The position numbers and the translations under genes were made by a program. From contig OZ365114.1 of NCBI GenBank assembly GCA_977030845.1, positions 15,686,001 to 15,750,000 of the forward strand: 64,000 bases of DNA, in the 5' to 3' direction. Shown here in pieces: positions 11,176 through 26,500 of this stretch; the stretch's first letter is position 1, and the number at the start of each line of letters is the position of its first letter. The stretch is from Fimbriosthenelais zetlandica (lineage: Eukaryota). The notes beneath the pieces were generated by a model. That model searched no databases. It was not told the DNA's origin and saw only the letters and a list, made by a program, of their open reading frames with translations.

Positions 11176-14100
11176 AAACTGGTAAAGCACGATCAATGGA
11201 CAAGAGTGTTTTAATATAATCTGACAATGTTATGACAGTGTTTGCTCCGGTGCAAATGGATTGACTTAAAGCTGGATTATTGTCTATTTAAAGGGCCTTC
11301 AAGAACTTTAAGAAATCTGTTTACCTGCCCTTCCTGCTCTGATATTTCAGAATTAAAACCCAAGGCAGAGCTTGCATGCCAATAGCTGGGTCTATATATA
11401 ATAATTGAAACTTCCATCGAAAGACAACATGCAAGGTTTAGATTGCATTGACAAATATTGGCTAACAGATTCGAAGATTTTTTACTAAAACCTTGAACAC
11501 CAAGGTCTGTTGAGGAGCACATATGAAAATTGCTAGATTTTGCTGAATTTGATACATTTTTTTCATATGCGATTTTCATGACAAGTTAGAAGCTTGAGCA
11601 GTTCGTTTTAGAAACTGTGGCATTTGAAACCCTCTAAAATATTTCAGTTTCATATCGATATCTGAAAAGTAGCTGGGGAATTGAATTACTTGTCTGATAA
11701 AAGGAGCGTTGCAGAGGTCCCAAGCAAGAAGATATGATCGGCAAATTTGCTGTCTTGAATTTCATCGCTACCTCCTTTCATTTTAGTGATGGAATACTCA
11801 AAAAAGACCCATGTAAGGAAAGCTAAGAAAACCTATCCTAAACCTCTGAATGGAAGTCTGAAGTTTTCTAATTGAGATATTATTCTCTCTTTACTTCGCA
11901 AGGCTTCGTGAACAATAAACGTAGGTTAACGAAATCAGAGGGGCATAAATATGACATTGATTTGAATACAGAACGTCAGGCTAAAATGCCTGCCAATCCA
12001 GATTCCATTCTCCCATTTAATGAATCGAGCCTTTAAACAGAGTCATCTGGTTAAGCCATCTCTGGAAGGATTTGGGGGTGAAAAATAAGGTTCTGATTAC
12101 TGGAATTCTAGACTTCTGACGAGTGGTCTTTTTGATATTGATTGTCGGTGCCAGAAGGGGGATGATGAACCATTGTAACAGGGCCAGCAGTTGCAAAAAT
12201 CCTCCCCGAGCAAATTGAATTCAGCCAGGAAATGAATACTCCAGTCTTTTTCGACTCTTTTCTAATGCAAAGATCCCCCCACCTATCCGAAAAGGCTGTA
12301 ATTGTCAGGGCTGCAGATGATAGCATCTGAACATGGCTGGAATCCGACAAACCCTGAATGGAAAACAGTACTCGAGATTGGTAGGGAGAGGACGAGGCAA
12401 AGAGGACGTGGAAAGGATTTTAACCAGCCACCAAAAGGCATGATTTAGAGCAATGCAATGCTATTTAATTGGGTTTACTCGTTTCCAGGTCGGAATTATA
12501 AACCAGAAATGGAGTGGGCAAGAACTAGTACAGCCCGTGCAGAGAATTATGCATTCAAGTTATCTTTCAAGAACATATATATATGTTCCAATCGTGCTTT
12601 ACTTGTGATGCTAAGATTTTGAGGCAATTGGGGACATTAGTGATGTGGAATGCCCCTCTGCAGAACATCTTATAATTTATTTCACTAGCCCAGTGTGGCT
12701 CTTTAAGAGTGAATTGATGTTGATGATGAGCCGGTATCATGACCATCCCAGGCCTCAGTCGGGGCTGATTCATATGTGTGCAGTAGAGATGTAGACTCTC
12801 GGGTTACCACTGTGTAAATCTAGTTGTATTAGATGAGAAATCTAATAGCGGTAGTCTGGTGTTAGTGGGACACCTCAAGGTGAGAGGTGAGAGAATCCTA
12901 CCCCCTAGACAATCACAGTTTACTTGTTATACAGGCGCAGTAAGCCCCGAGACTGTGTTATGTGGGGTCAGCGTTACCTTACACTAAACCTTTTTAATAC
13001 CAAACTCTATTCTCTTCATCTTCAAACATCTTAAACAAAATATGTGTGTAGGTTAAGGAGTGCTGGCAGTGGAAGTATAAAAGACTCCAACATATTCGGA
13101 ATGGGATTCCGGCCGTTAAGATAACTTGGCGTGCCATATCGCTGTCCCCTCCCATATTGTCACCTAGACAGGAGCAACCAAGCAAATATCACCATTTGTG
13201 TCCGCCTCCTGCAGTCAATGTAAATTGCATATTACATATCCCATTCGCACTGGTATGTCTTTCTTGTCACGTTTCTTTCCCTTGGGTATAGCATCAACAA
13301 TTTATCGAGGTGCACTTCTGCCACCATATCCAATCTGCCTCGTAAATCTCCTTTATAACTTTTCTTTCTCCTTATATCTTGAATATATCAAATATCACCA
13401 CTACAAAGAAGAAGTGAGTATTCACTCCTTTTTGGTGTGAGAGAGAGAGTAAAAAAGATTCTTAGTGGCTATTTCCAACTATGAATTGTGGCCGCCTATT
13501 CTATAATTCAGCCTAATGATGGAAACCCCACTGAGACCCCTATACATATCAAATAATAAGCACAAGATTAATGGCAAGCCAGGAAAGGCAGGCAATAGTG
13601 AGTTCCTTATCAAATCACCTCCTTTCCCAGTCTGTTTCTCCTGTCTGGCCTCTTCTCCATAGATTTGCCGATACCTATCTGAGATTGGGGAACCTACATC
13701 CCCCCACACACCCTCTCCCAGCACACACCGTTTCCACCATCTCTAGGGGAAAGTGCTTTGGTTATCGTTATAATAAGACGAGTCACCAGGGGAAGGACTC
13801 CGCTTGATGCCTATATATTATAATTGCTTGGCATGAAATGAAGTCGTGCTTGTATTCCCAAAAGGTCTAGAGAGAGAGGGGGGAATTAGAACAAAATGTT
13901 TCTTATATGCCTAACCGATAATGATGGGTTTATAAAGCCATGCCAATTTATTACCTGCAGTATGGCTCCACGTAGTGGATGATAATAACAAACAAGCAGT
14001 CAAATGCCACCCGTGAAAGGTATGGGAAAATAGAGTGAAAGCCTATATGGACTAGATGTATATGGCGTTTCCCACACCAGTCCGGAACTTGATGCTGGTA

Positions 14101-17100
14101 TGTATGGGAAGATGGTCCTATCCACATTCAGAGTCAGACCCTGCACACAATTGACTGGTCTATAGCCATATCCTGTATTAGTCTATGGTAGGACATGACT
14201 ATTTCATTGAGCTTTGCTGCATAGCCGCCCGGCAAAGAGATGAGCTATACTGTGAAGAATAATCATACTATGACATGCGATCCTGCTGCATATATATCTG
14301 GCTTTTAAGACAGTGCATGTTTTTGATCATTAGTTTGAGGAGACAACAGAGGAAGAAAGCGGATGAGGAACTTTTTCTCTTAATCGGTGAAAGCAATAAG
14401 TAAAACAAAGGGAAAAACTAACAATGAGAAAAAAATTATGTTTTTTATCATTCATGCAACTTACATTAACGTAGAAGATAATGTGATAGAATAATTTACA
14501 CATATATACGCACAAGGCTGAGGTGCCTCATATAGGGTCTGAACAACTCAATAAATCAGCAGATAACCCTAATGAAGATGTCCCTTACTTGTATGCACCA
14601 TTATAACTGCAGTGCCTCTCCATATATATCTTCCTATAGGGAAGAAGGACTACTAGACAGAGCTTCAGATCTCATGCGTGATCCTGCCTTTCTGCTGGTT
14701 TTGATGTCTAGATTAGGGTCAATATCTCAAAGCTTATCGATCTTAGGCCCGTCCAACTGAATGTTATGATGCATGGAACACTGATCTATCACTTCATATC
14801 AGGCGCAGAGGCACTGCCCATTCTTTTGAAGAGCGCTATCCCTCATGCATTGTACCTGCCTGCAAGTCCTGAAAGGGATGAAAAATCATGCCGGGTGTGG
14901 GTAGGCGTTAAGTCGGAACTCTTAGATTGGGCCTTGTTGGACTATAATGGCGAGGACCTTACACGGAGTTATCTGGTGTTGGTCACTCTATAAAGGAAGT
15001 ACAGGGATGAACAAAGAGGATGAAACTCAGCGAGACTGTCAAGTAGAAAGTATAGAGGGTGTTAGGAAGTGAAAAGACTGGTACAGAGTTTGATGAGGAA
15101 TATACGAGACAACGTAAAGCAGAAAACTATGAAAAGTTAGAGTTTAAGTTTTGGAATGCTATTGAGCAGTCTGCTTCTCTCTTGATGGATACAAATTATC
15201 CAGTTTCGATTTTGACATTACACGTAAACCCTGGTTTTCTCATCTGTGCCTTTGAATATTTCTTGAATACCCACTTCCTCGAGGACCATGTACTACTCTG
15301 AAGGCCCGAACAGTACTGGTGACGTGGCTTCACAACTACCAATATCCCAGTTTCTTTGGAGTAAATGTTAAGACTGATCAGATGGACCAGAAGGCTAGCG
15401 TGCAAGCCCACCTAGAGTCCATCCATCCTGAGTTACCGCCATTAGGACTATGAGAAGCAGAATGTGCAGGGGTTGCATGGTTGGACGGCCCCTGCTATAA
15501 TACTACCTCTGGTTTGAGCCTCTGATTCTTGCCAAGATGGGGAGCGTGTGTGTGGTGTCCACGCCCTGGTCATTTGTCATTACAGCCTTTGAGCTGCACT
15601 GATGAACAAATGGCAGGGTCCTGGTGAGTTGACCAGGTCTCACTGGGTCATAACGCAGGGAAATATTGGACATTGCTCGGGCAGCATGTCCATTTACTAA
15701 ATTGGCTTCCGGATCTCAGATCCCAAGGGTTATACGCATATCAGCAATGGTCCTTGTCTATGAAGGTGCATTGGACTTAAGTGCACCAACATCAGCAATG
15801 TCTTGCACATAGAGAATAAAGAGATGGCTTTTCCTGTTACTCTCAGTTGATATGGCGAATTAGCCTTATTTTGACTGTCACATGTGCGCACGCACTTCAA
15901 CTGCAATCCCTTTATGACAGGGCTTGAGTTCAGGTACATGAGCAAGAGTATCAAGTTTACAATGTTTGGCGGGTTCATTCTGAACATAAGGGAACCCTTT
16001 CCATGAGGGCACCATCAAATATGTATGCAATGATATGCTGTCTTCTTGAGAATGTCTCAATGATTAGATTCATCAGGTTATTCTGGTAGAATACGACTCT
16101 TATAGCAGCTCTTATGGTCCTTAAAGCAGTATTATACAAATAGAGTAAGAGGCAGCATATCTCGTCTTCTCTCGAGACTAGGACTTTTTTCTGAGATACG
16201 AAATTAGACCAGGAATGCATTACACCAGGTTTTTTTAAACGGTCCCTCCTCGGTAGAAATCGATACATCATTTTTAATGAGAATTGATGGCTATAAAAAT
16301 ACCTTGTTCTGTGACGGTACTTGGGTCAATTTCTATATTGGCTCATCTGATTCTTCTAAGGTGGGAAGGCATTTGTTGAATAACACTAGCAATGTGAGCA
16401 TTCTACTCCTAGACCCAAGCACATCCGTGCCACTAAATTCATTCTCCTGTTTTTATGTCCATTGCAGCTATGCAATTATGATGTTTTAAGTAATTAAGTA
16501 TTCCAGTCTTCATGTCTTATTCGGGAGCACGAGAGGCATCTCGCTCTAATCCAATTTAAGGGTTGTTTGATTGAAATTGATTCGTTCGGTAGACAGTGTA
16601 GTCACTGCCAAGGGAATGCACCATTGGCCAAGTGCTCAAAAATCGACGGCGGTGTCGCCTTTCCAAGAGCATAGCATCCAGTGACGACTGAAAGCTTGGA
16701 TCCATGTAAATGAATTTAGTACTGATTCAATGAAGTTTTGTTCGGTAATGCAAACAGTGACAATCTATATCAATGAACGTGTGAGTACTTAACATAGATT
16801 TTCGATTAGATGGAAGCAATGGTCAGATTAGGGAGTATGGGTTTAGATGCTATAGTTCTGTAGCCTGGCACTTGTCTTTCAGTTTTGAAAGTACGGATGT
16901 TTTTGGGAATGTTTGTATTCTCTTTTGAAGATGCCTTTTCAAGTGGAAACCAGAGTAGATGTGATGCTGCAGTATGAGTGAATTATGCCGTCTGGAATTC
17001 CTAGCGGAACGGAGTATTACCATGGGGAAGTCTACTGTTTAAGTTAAAAACCTGACGCCTTTACCAATTGTTCCAGTATACACATGTCTAGCAAAAGATA

Positions 17101-20100
17101 TAGAAGAAGGTTCTGCTATGGATGAATAATGTATATCTAGATAGATTTGTGTATGCTATGTGGTTCTATCTGTGTCTCCGAAGACTCGATAGTGCAGCGA
17201 TACAGACAGTAGCTAGACAGCAAAGGAGGGAAAGTGGCCACTCTCTGATCTTCTCCAGATAGTCTACAAGTAAGAAAAGGATACCAGTCTTGTAAGGCTG
17301 AATCTACGGAGGAGGTGTGGGATTTCATCTGCCGAACACTGACAAGACGTACTATATAGATGATTGTACTATCCTATGACATGCAGCTGAGACTTATAAG
17401 ATTAAATGTCTGGTATATTATCAGTGTTACTGACTTCCCTCATTATGTTGGGACATACATTACATTGTATGAATGTAGTGTATTGTTTATAGAATCTCCC
17501 ATGCGGTGAAATGTATGTGTTATCACTTGTTCGCACGTACAGTTCTACAGTTCAATGCTGTTAGAAGAGGAAGTCTCCCTCTCAAAAACCTTCAAGTGTT
17601 CCACTGTTGTGTATGCCCACAGGACCTTGTGTTTATCCAGATGTTCATTTGTTGTAAGGCTTTTTAATTTACACTAAGGAAATGCTGAAAGACAAATATT
17701 CTCAGAATTCTATTTGAAATGTACTTTAACAACGTTGGCAGTGACCTAAGCTGGTATTAGTTTTTCTGGACTTTTGACTGATGAGGCATGCTCCTATTTT
17801 TAAATGTCTATGGGGCCATCTGGCATCTGTTATGTTGACATCATCTGATGTCAAGAATTTAAAGTAAGGTGGTCTGTTGATTAAATCACATTCACCAGTG
17901 AAGAAGGGCCTGAGTGGAGTTAGTTATATCTCTGGGCTCTAACATGCGTGCTTCACCAATATGCCTGCCGACCGCCCGGGCCTGGCTTGGCTCCCGGCTT
18001 CTGGCTGGGTGGAGGAGTGCCTTCCTTGAGCAGCCCCATCTCATTACCTTGACGTCCCACTATTTCCTTATCAATACCTGGCCGTGACATGTCCAATGAT
18101 ATTATTGTCACAACCATGGAAGTCACGCAGCACCGCTAGCAAGGAAATCGAGAGCTGGGAAGACTCTCTCAGGCTTGTCAATATCAAACATAGAACAGCA
18201 CACACACACAACAGCTAACAAGTAATATAGAGAATAGCATAGTAAAAATACTGAGCTGCACAAGTGTTCGGAACCTGGCAGCATTCCAAATGCGAAATAT
18301 GTGCAACTGCCGTGAGATTAAGAATGAATGATCGAGGGCGTAAAGGGAAGGCTATGCTAATTGCTGCCTGGGAATCACATTCTTAATAAGAAGGGCCATA
18401 TGTAGTAGTGTTTTGAGGTGCTTGGAGCTATAAATGTAAAAGAGTTACACCTCGGCCATATTCTCCATTATATCTATGGGCTGGTGGACAGGGTGACTTG
18501 CAGTGTTCACGCGCTCTTGATTGAATAGGGAATAACTCGATCAGCTGCTCCAACTTCTCTCCTCTCCCCTAATTACATCACACAGGAGTCTATCTTTATT
18601 CTGTCCTCAACCGGAAACAAATGGATTAATGTACTTTTGTTGAACGACTGTGTGAGGGAGAAAATGGGAAAAATACGTGTTGAACGATAGTGATATTGAA
18701 TCCCCAGTGTTAGACGTGCCTTAATTGCTTTAATCCATCTCAGTGAGGTGGAGTAAGGGAATTTAAATGCAATCACACCCGATTTTGAACTGAACAATTA
18801 GTGAAAGTTACACTGGTTGAGAATTAAATTTGGGACGAGAGAGTCAGAGTGAGAGTTCTGTACGACTGTGAGAATGGAGTGGACAAAAATGGCCGCCCGA
18901 AGACCCATATGGAGCGTTCTTACAGAATGTAAATCTAGATGGGGACTTGCATCTACCGTTTTAGTCTTGGTTGTTAATCAAAGTGTTATCTGATTTTAAA
19001 TCCGGCAGCAGAAAGTAATAAAAATGCGTTTTAGCTTGCACCTGGTCTGGATTTAGCTTCATTAAGTGAGCCTTGGGAGCATTTTCTGAGTTGCATTATA
19101 GATAAGAAATAAATGCTGTCAAAAAGGGTGGTCTCCCTGTTTTTGGCTTGATCAGTTAAAACTATAGCATAATGAAGAGATACAAGTAGGAGAGCATATA
19201 TGAAAAACATAAAGCAAGGAGTAAAGACAATTAGGGGGATAAAGAGAAGCAAGAAGTAGGGATAATGTAAAACATACAGAACAAGTATGAGATGGAATGG
19301 ATCATCTTACTTAGCTCGAATGTTATTGGCCATGTGTTGTGCTTTATTCATTTAATAATTGGGTTTAAAGTCTAAATTGGGACTGGATGTTATGGAAATT
19401 ATGGATATATCAATGGGGAGAATAGCTGGGTCGAATCTGGAACAGTTGTTGAAGAAAACTATAAAAAAAAAAGACAATGAAAAAATGTTAAGACCAAGTT
19501 GTCTCCTGATGTCGAGAACCAATACTTGCTTCGCCCCCATCAATATTTCTCCAGGAGTCGACTCTTTTTAAATCCCCCAAGATAACTTTTTCCCAGACTG
19601 AGCGCGTGGAAGGAGAATGGAGAATAATTATTGCTTTAACCTAAATCCAATTTCCAATATCTGTGTGCACAATCCGTGTCTAGTATAAACTGTGATCAAT
19701 AATGCTTCAAGACATTTTCTTCCTGGCGTTAAAATGGGCAAGTGGTAAATAAATGAGAGGGGGACTTTAAGCTCTATTATACCTTATAACTGGGCATTAG
19801 AGCCTTATATTAGGCGTTACTAGGCCTTAGAGATAAGTATATAGTCATTGAGTGTTAATGTTGGGTTCTTTCTGCTTCCTATGTGCTTCAGTGATCATAA
19901 GCTTTAAGAAGTGGGCTGGGTAAGGCACCGTTGGGAACAGGCTCAGATGGAGATAAGGTTTGAAGGCAGTCATCCAGTCCTCCAGCTGGGCTTCCCCGAG
20001 CCCCCATTGCTTTGTTTTCAGCAACAAACCAACTGATAGACTGAGGAACAATATTTCTCCTTGCCTCTTGTTTTTCGTTCTTTGTTTATTTTCCTCTTAC

Positions 20101-20289
20101 TGTTTTGTCCCCTTTTTATCAGGTCCCATTTATATTTTTCTCCTTTAAAACCAAGTTACAAATTTCATAAATTGTCTCTCTGCCTAAACAATGCAGTCTC
20201 ATGTTTGCATTTTGTCCGTTTGCTAAAACTTTATGAATCCTATGAATCTCATTGAAAGCACATGGAAAGAAAAAGTGTGTTGAACATTT

Positions 20290-20500
20290 CATGTTGGGTA
20301 TTTCCACGTCTCTAAAACATCCAAGCTAGGAATTTCATTTGAGGGCTTCAGCTCTAGATGCCTGCAGTCCCAATACATTGGTTGAAATGGATTTTAAGCT
20401 ACCCTTAGGATTAAATCTCTGAGCACATGATTGATGTATTTCTGGCACCTTTTACAAGCCTGCGTAGGCAACCATATTACAGACAGTGCCAGAATAGTTA
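20290..20500 (-). mobile_element. Possible decayed Gypsy-type integrase fragment
   Basis: Minus strand, across frameshifts: ACKRCQK (CxxCQ zinc-finger end, ~20440-20459), followed by IPFQPMYWD (~20367-20393). Order matches the integrase CxxC...PF..D pattern. Confidence 0.25.
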
Positions 20501-23500
20501 TGCCATGTTGTATGGTTGAAATATACTTGTTTTAAAAAAGGATTTAATGTTCCCTTCCTCGAGACTAAGACATCCCCAAGGTCAGACATCGGCCCTCAAA
20601 ATGAACCACTAAAGCAGTATTGAATGCTTTCCTGAGGCCCGCAGCCCATGAGAGCAGAAGAAGAAAGGCGGAGGAGGTGGCCATCTATTCATGATCGTGC
20701 TATTGTTTATGGCGAGTCTGACCAACTAAAAAGAAACCAGCTTTGCCTAGGCTTCTCGCTCAGTGAAGAAAGCCTGCTGGCTCCAGGCTTCAGCACTGAA
20801 GCCTCATGCATGGCATGGAGTGGCTTCTCCCTTGTGGTGTGCCTATTATGGCTACCAAATGCCTTTCCTTGTCTTCATTTTCTTTCCCTAGACTGTGGGC
20901 ATAAAGCGGGGGAGAGACCAAGCCAATTTGTCAATAGTCCGACCCGCAAAGAAGCCCCAAAAGCTCCTAGTTTAATGGTTAAATACTTAATCATCGATCA
21001 GACATTTTCTTCACTATGGCGAAGCCAGAGTTAGGTGTGTATTGAATATACTGGGACAATAATTGATGAAGAGCTGATGAGAAGAACCTGCTTGGTGTAT
21101 TCCTGTGCACTAGGGGCAGCACATATAGTGACGCTGGCAAACAGTAGCCATTTGTTCAGGAGGAAGAGTTCACCCACCTTCTGCCTACAGTAGATGACAT
21201 TAAGAATTGGCAGGAGGTGGGTGCTCATTGAGGAACGTGCTTCCAGGTGGTCCTGGTTTGGGAAGCGGGGTTCCTTCAAATGAGGTCCTCAGACAGAACT
21301 CTCTCCATTATCAGCTTTAGCCTCAAACCACAGAGTCTGCATCCGATGTTCTTCATCAAAACCTTCTACTTCTAAAAGATCAGAGTTCTGCAAAGGGAGG
21401 AGACATCTCTCTGATTTCTGAAATGTCATATGATCACTGTATGTACCAGACAGAATTAAAACACAGGTGTAAAGGGAAATTGTTGTTCTCTTGCTTCTTA
21501 CGTGCTAGGAAACTCCCGGAAGCCGTTGAGATTTAGGTCACCCCATGATTAAAGACATGGACACAACAAGAGAGAAGGGTAGAGACAAACTGATGAGCCT
21601 GTCAAGTAGGGTCCTTGTTTGTTTAAATAGCACTGTCAAAAGCAACGCCTACTGATTCTGACTGACACCTGGAAGGCATCTGTTATGTCTGTGGTGCTGT
21701 AGCCCAAGAGAAAGTAAAAGGACAACTTTTTTTCCCTCTTGAATAGTCAGGACATTTTACACCAATGTAGCTAGTCCTGGAAGAGGGAAGTGTCTGGTTT
21801 AGAGTGTCTGGTCTTCCAGTGAATGAGACAGCAGCCATGTTCAAATCGTCTTTCGTTTCCCAGGTGGGTGTCAGCAGGTGAGGAGCGTGCTTCTCCCCTA
21901 GGGAGCCATGTCCGTTAACACTAATTTTTGCTGGCGTTTGGAGCCCAGACTCTCAGGCATGCGATTTACTATCAATTAGTGCTTCGCTCCCGGCTCTCAC
22001 AAAATCTACTATCTTGAGTATCACTCATCTGTGATGGGCAGAAATGTATCCCTCCCACGTAGATGCAATGATCTGAGGATATTGTGAAGAAAGAGTGGCA
22101 GCATGTTATAAAACATTCAATTAATTCTCAACTGATTAAATAAGCTGTTTACCTAATTAAATTCATCTGTATTGTCTAGGGGAATATCAGAGATTTATAT
22201 TGCTATTTCCCCCTGATGATATGACCAATAGGGGACTTTTGGAAGGAAAAAAATCCAAATACAACAGTTAAGCTAGACTAGTTTTCGCTACTTGGACCTA
22301 TGGAGATGTGCATGTATATCAGGGACCTGTCTCATCTCTCATGGCGTGGATGATCCACATTCAGATATTCCTCACATTTCATCGGATTTCTAGGAGTGGA
22401 AGGAGGGCTTATCAAACCTACTCTGGCAAATTATCTTCTTTGTAGGCCCTCCTCGCTAGGTGTCAAGCCTATCGCCTCTCCTGACACTGAAGCTGGCAGA
22501 GTGAATGGAGGTGGGTCAGGCTCGCTGTCTGATTGCATTCCATCCACCATTGTTGTCCTCCAGAGCTGAGGTGCCATGACTTCCCATCTCTCAGCTATTA
22601 AAAGGTTCCCCCTGAAGCAACATCCTTGGCCTTATTAACCCCTGGTTCTCCTCATATTCTCCCCAGTACTCTCCTGACTTCCCTGCTCTCCCAAATATCT
22701 CTCTCTTCACTCTCCATTACATACCTATCTATGGGTACTCTTCTTTCCTGAAAAATAGTGAGCCTTAAAGAGAAGAAGTACATGATCTTCAAAAGTATTT
22801 TGAATACTTTCCCTGACGGCCCCTTGTAATCACTCTGTAATTATTTTTTTTATTTTTGGCTAGTGGATTTTGAAGACTTTCATCTTCTTGTAAATTCCCG
22901 AAAGGCTGTTACAGTATACTCTTTCATAGACATCTTGCCTTGTGTTATTCAATTCCTTCCTTTTTTCACTGGGAGGTTAATATCAGTTGTTGAAACGAAT
23001 AATTATGGACAAACTGTTTTGATTGAAGACTCGATCTGCCTTTAATCCTATGAAATATGAGTTTTATGGGTTTTAGGTGCACCAGTATAAAATTCCAAAT
23101 TACATACTGTTACCATTGTTGGTGATTATAATATGGTCAGAGAGAGTAGAGGTTCTTCTGATGAACAACAAACACAGGTTCAGTAGCTGGGGCTTTGTTA
23201 AAGACTTTGGTTAAAGAATAATGTAGATTTTATAAGTTTTTTTTCAGTTTGGTTCTATTTATACATCGGACTAGGAAGTAGATATGATGGATGAGTATTT
23301 GGGAATGGACATGACTGCCTCGGTGTCTAGCTTAATGCAACACCCGCAACTCCCAATCAGAAGTCAACTCAGGCCCTTCGACAACTTCCTGACTAGCACA
23401 TACAGCAAGTTGATCTAAATATACATACCGCGGCCTATCTTTTATGTAAGCTACTGTAATAAGTTTGTTTAATTTTCAATTTCAATTGAAGGTTAGCTAC

Positions 23501-26500
23501 TTTAGCAAGAGTTCAAGATCTATGCCTGGGTGGCCATGGTTTGTTTTTTTGTTTTTGTTACCATTTGTCACCCCTTTGTCTTGTGTATCTTCTCGGATTG
23601 CACTTAAAAGACAAGTGTCACATGAACTGCAATAGAAAAGGAAAACTTGCCTCAGGAAAACTCCTACCAAGACTACAGATCCGAGGGGATTTTTGTTTGT
23701 TGGATAACCCAGGGGCCACGTATTGGTTACTTTTCTGGATATAAGATATATATTTTCCAGCCCAGGAGATATGTATAGTATATTTGATACATTGCCCGGG
23801 GTTTCCCGCATAAAAGGTATTGTCAGAATGATGTATCATATTTTTTTGTTAGAGCAATGCCCAGCATATCCCAAAGCTATTACATATTTATGCATGGATC
23901 CCTTGTTCGCATATATCTATCAGTTTAGAAGAACACTCCAGTGGCTAAGTTCTTATTGTTGAGCCATGAATTCTTTTGTGACTTGGTCCCGCAGCCCTGT
24001 GTCAGTCCAATAATTCCTTGAGAAATACGTGTTGACTAGGTAGATTGTTTGATATTCATTTCTTTGTGTCCCTTTATCCTTTCCCACAGGAACAATAAAC
24101 CTAAGGCTAGTGTTAACCAACAATGATAGGCTCTATTCACCAGCCCAAGCCCTTTCCCCTTAGTATGTCTGAGACGGAGACACTCATTCTGTGTGTGTGG
24201 AATAGTTCGGTAATTTGGCGAAGGCTTGGTCGGGTTAGTAAAAAGAAGGCTTGGAAAACCAGAGACCCCACGTGATGTGGATACAAATGCCTGGCCTTGG
24301 TTTAAATTACCTCAAAGGTCAAGTTCATGTATAGACAAAGACCAGGCTGTGGCCTAGAGCACGTGGAAGAGCAAGATACTACTTACGAGACCCTTGGTAG
24401 TGTCCGATTTGTATGGGAATTTAGATGTCAATTGCTAACCCAGAGATGGGGTCAGATTTTACCTTAGATAGCATGAAGCCATATTGTATCATTATACAAC
24501 CATGCAGTTGAGAGGATCACAAGGCAATACTCTAGCTTTTCGAAGAAACAATTTTATCTTGTGCTTTATTACTTGGCTTAAGAGCCATAGCTGGCTTGAA
24601 CTCCATTTCAGAAATTACCCCTTGGAGAGGACCGAAGATATTCTTAGTATAAAACCAGTGTTCTTTGTGTACAATAAAAGCTATGAAAAGATGTAGATGT
24701 ACTTTCTAAGTATGTATATCTTCGACATTAAAGCACCAGTCCATTACAATCAGTTCAGTTAAGTACATAGATACAGTTCAGTACCCGAGCTGCTCATGGT
24801 TTGGTATGCTTGTAGTCCATTCAGCAGAGTGAGCTGCTCAGGAACCTCAAGTCCCTCCTGGGCCTTTTGCATTCAAGCCTGGCCCTCCTCCAGTGTGTCC
24901 TCCGGGCGTGAGAAGCCTCAGTCCCTTGCCCATCTCCTCCTCCCCCTTACCATCCAGAATATTCATTCCTCCAAGAGGGACACATTTGGATTGCAGTTGA
25001 ATACGGTTTAACTATTCTTCTTCTCTCAACAATATATCATCCTTACACTTCTGGAAGATCCCCAAACCCTATAATATGCAGAACTTTAATATTTTTTTCT
25101 GACAAACTCCAAAATCAGTTTAACAAAAAATATCTTAGACTACTGGGGAATGTGGCCCCTAGAGCATGGTGCACGAATGCCTTGGTCATTCAATCTACTT
25201 GACTCTTGCCTCCATGGCCCGCAGCCTTTCTATCCCTGTACTTCAGACCTTCAACTGCCATTTGCCCTCATTGCATCACTTAATCTGAATCAATGGTCTT
25301 ACTTCTCAACTACTGTGCCATCAGAGTCCTCAGAGTAACTGGAATTTAATGGGCTTTAAGCTGCAGGACGCGATGGCATTTTTCAAGCAGAATTCTTAAT
25401 TCCTGCTGGGATGCTTTTTGACTCGCTTCCTTTGAGCTACTTGAGGACAAATCGGATTTTAGATAAATTTTCATAAAGAGTGCAAAACTGACATAGCAGA
25501 AATCTGACATGTTTTCCGTTCATTTGTATTTATCCTTACTCTTGCAGTCCTTCCCAAGATTTTATATACGCGTGAGCTTACTGACAGTGCTTGGATATGC
25601 AAGTTTGAACACAATGACAGGGCAATAAATAACCAAATAGTTTGCTACTAGACTATGGAAATTTACTTCATTATGTCCTGCCTGAGGAAGGGTGAGGTGA
25701 GGCAGGGTGGTGGGGGCGGGGGGCTTGGCAAGAAGCATATGACATATGCCATGCGTATCCTTCTCTCTTCTGATTAGGCCAGTGTGGTGGGAACAAAATT
25801 GATGGTGGTGTTGGGGACCGGAGGTCATTCAGCCTGATTATTCTTTTAGATTCATCTATCAAAGTTGGCTAAAGCTTTATAATGACTCCAGTACTCTGAT
25901 GCTTCCCCCCTCTGGTCACTCCCACTGATTGAGTCAAGTCCATATCAATGCAGAACCTACCATGTTCTGAAAACAATTTAGCATCCGCAACACAGCCATT
26001 AGAAGCTGCAGCGAAGCCAGCAGGCAAAGACAAGTACTAACTCCGTTGATGTGTGTGAATGCCCCATCAGAAATACTTGATGCAATGGCCGGTGTACTTG
26101 GGTCTACTTGGGGGACATAGAAGTTTATTATCATATAGATGGGTCTGTTTATTTCCTCCGGATTATATCAAAGATTGGCGACCATGATTGACTCGCACCC
26201 AGTCCAGCAGAGCTGTATGGGATGATTCCATTTAGAAGGGAGGCCTTACCAACCTTGCAATCATTTTACTCTATGCTGGCACTGCTGTGATCCATTGCTC
26301 TACCTTCAATGCATTGGGGAGCTAACTGCTTAGTTCCTTTATTTCTTTCCATTTATGTATGCTAGGGAACAATGCGACTCCATTGTTCCATATAATGGTT
26401 ATGCATGCACATGAAACCCACAGTGGCATTGTCTTTAAACCCGACGATAAACCGTTTTGTGGAAGCCTTTAGGAGGCTTTGTCATTGTGTAGCAACCACT

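Noticed and set aside
13479-13724. LINE endonuclease-like KGG...YR pattern
   Set aside because: Too few identities and no catalytic motifs.
15975-16271. IAYIFDGALM as a viral polymerase/primase motif
   Set aside because: A single short motif with no supporting context.
23618-23839. L1 endonuclease-like NP...KYT segment
   Set aside because: The diagnostic SRID and SDH motifs are absent.
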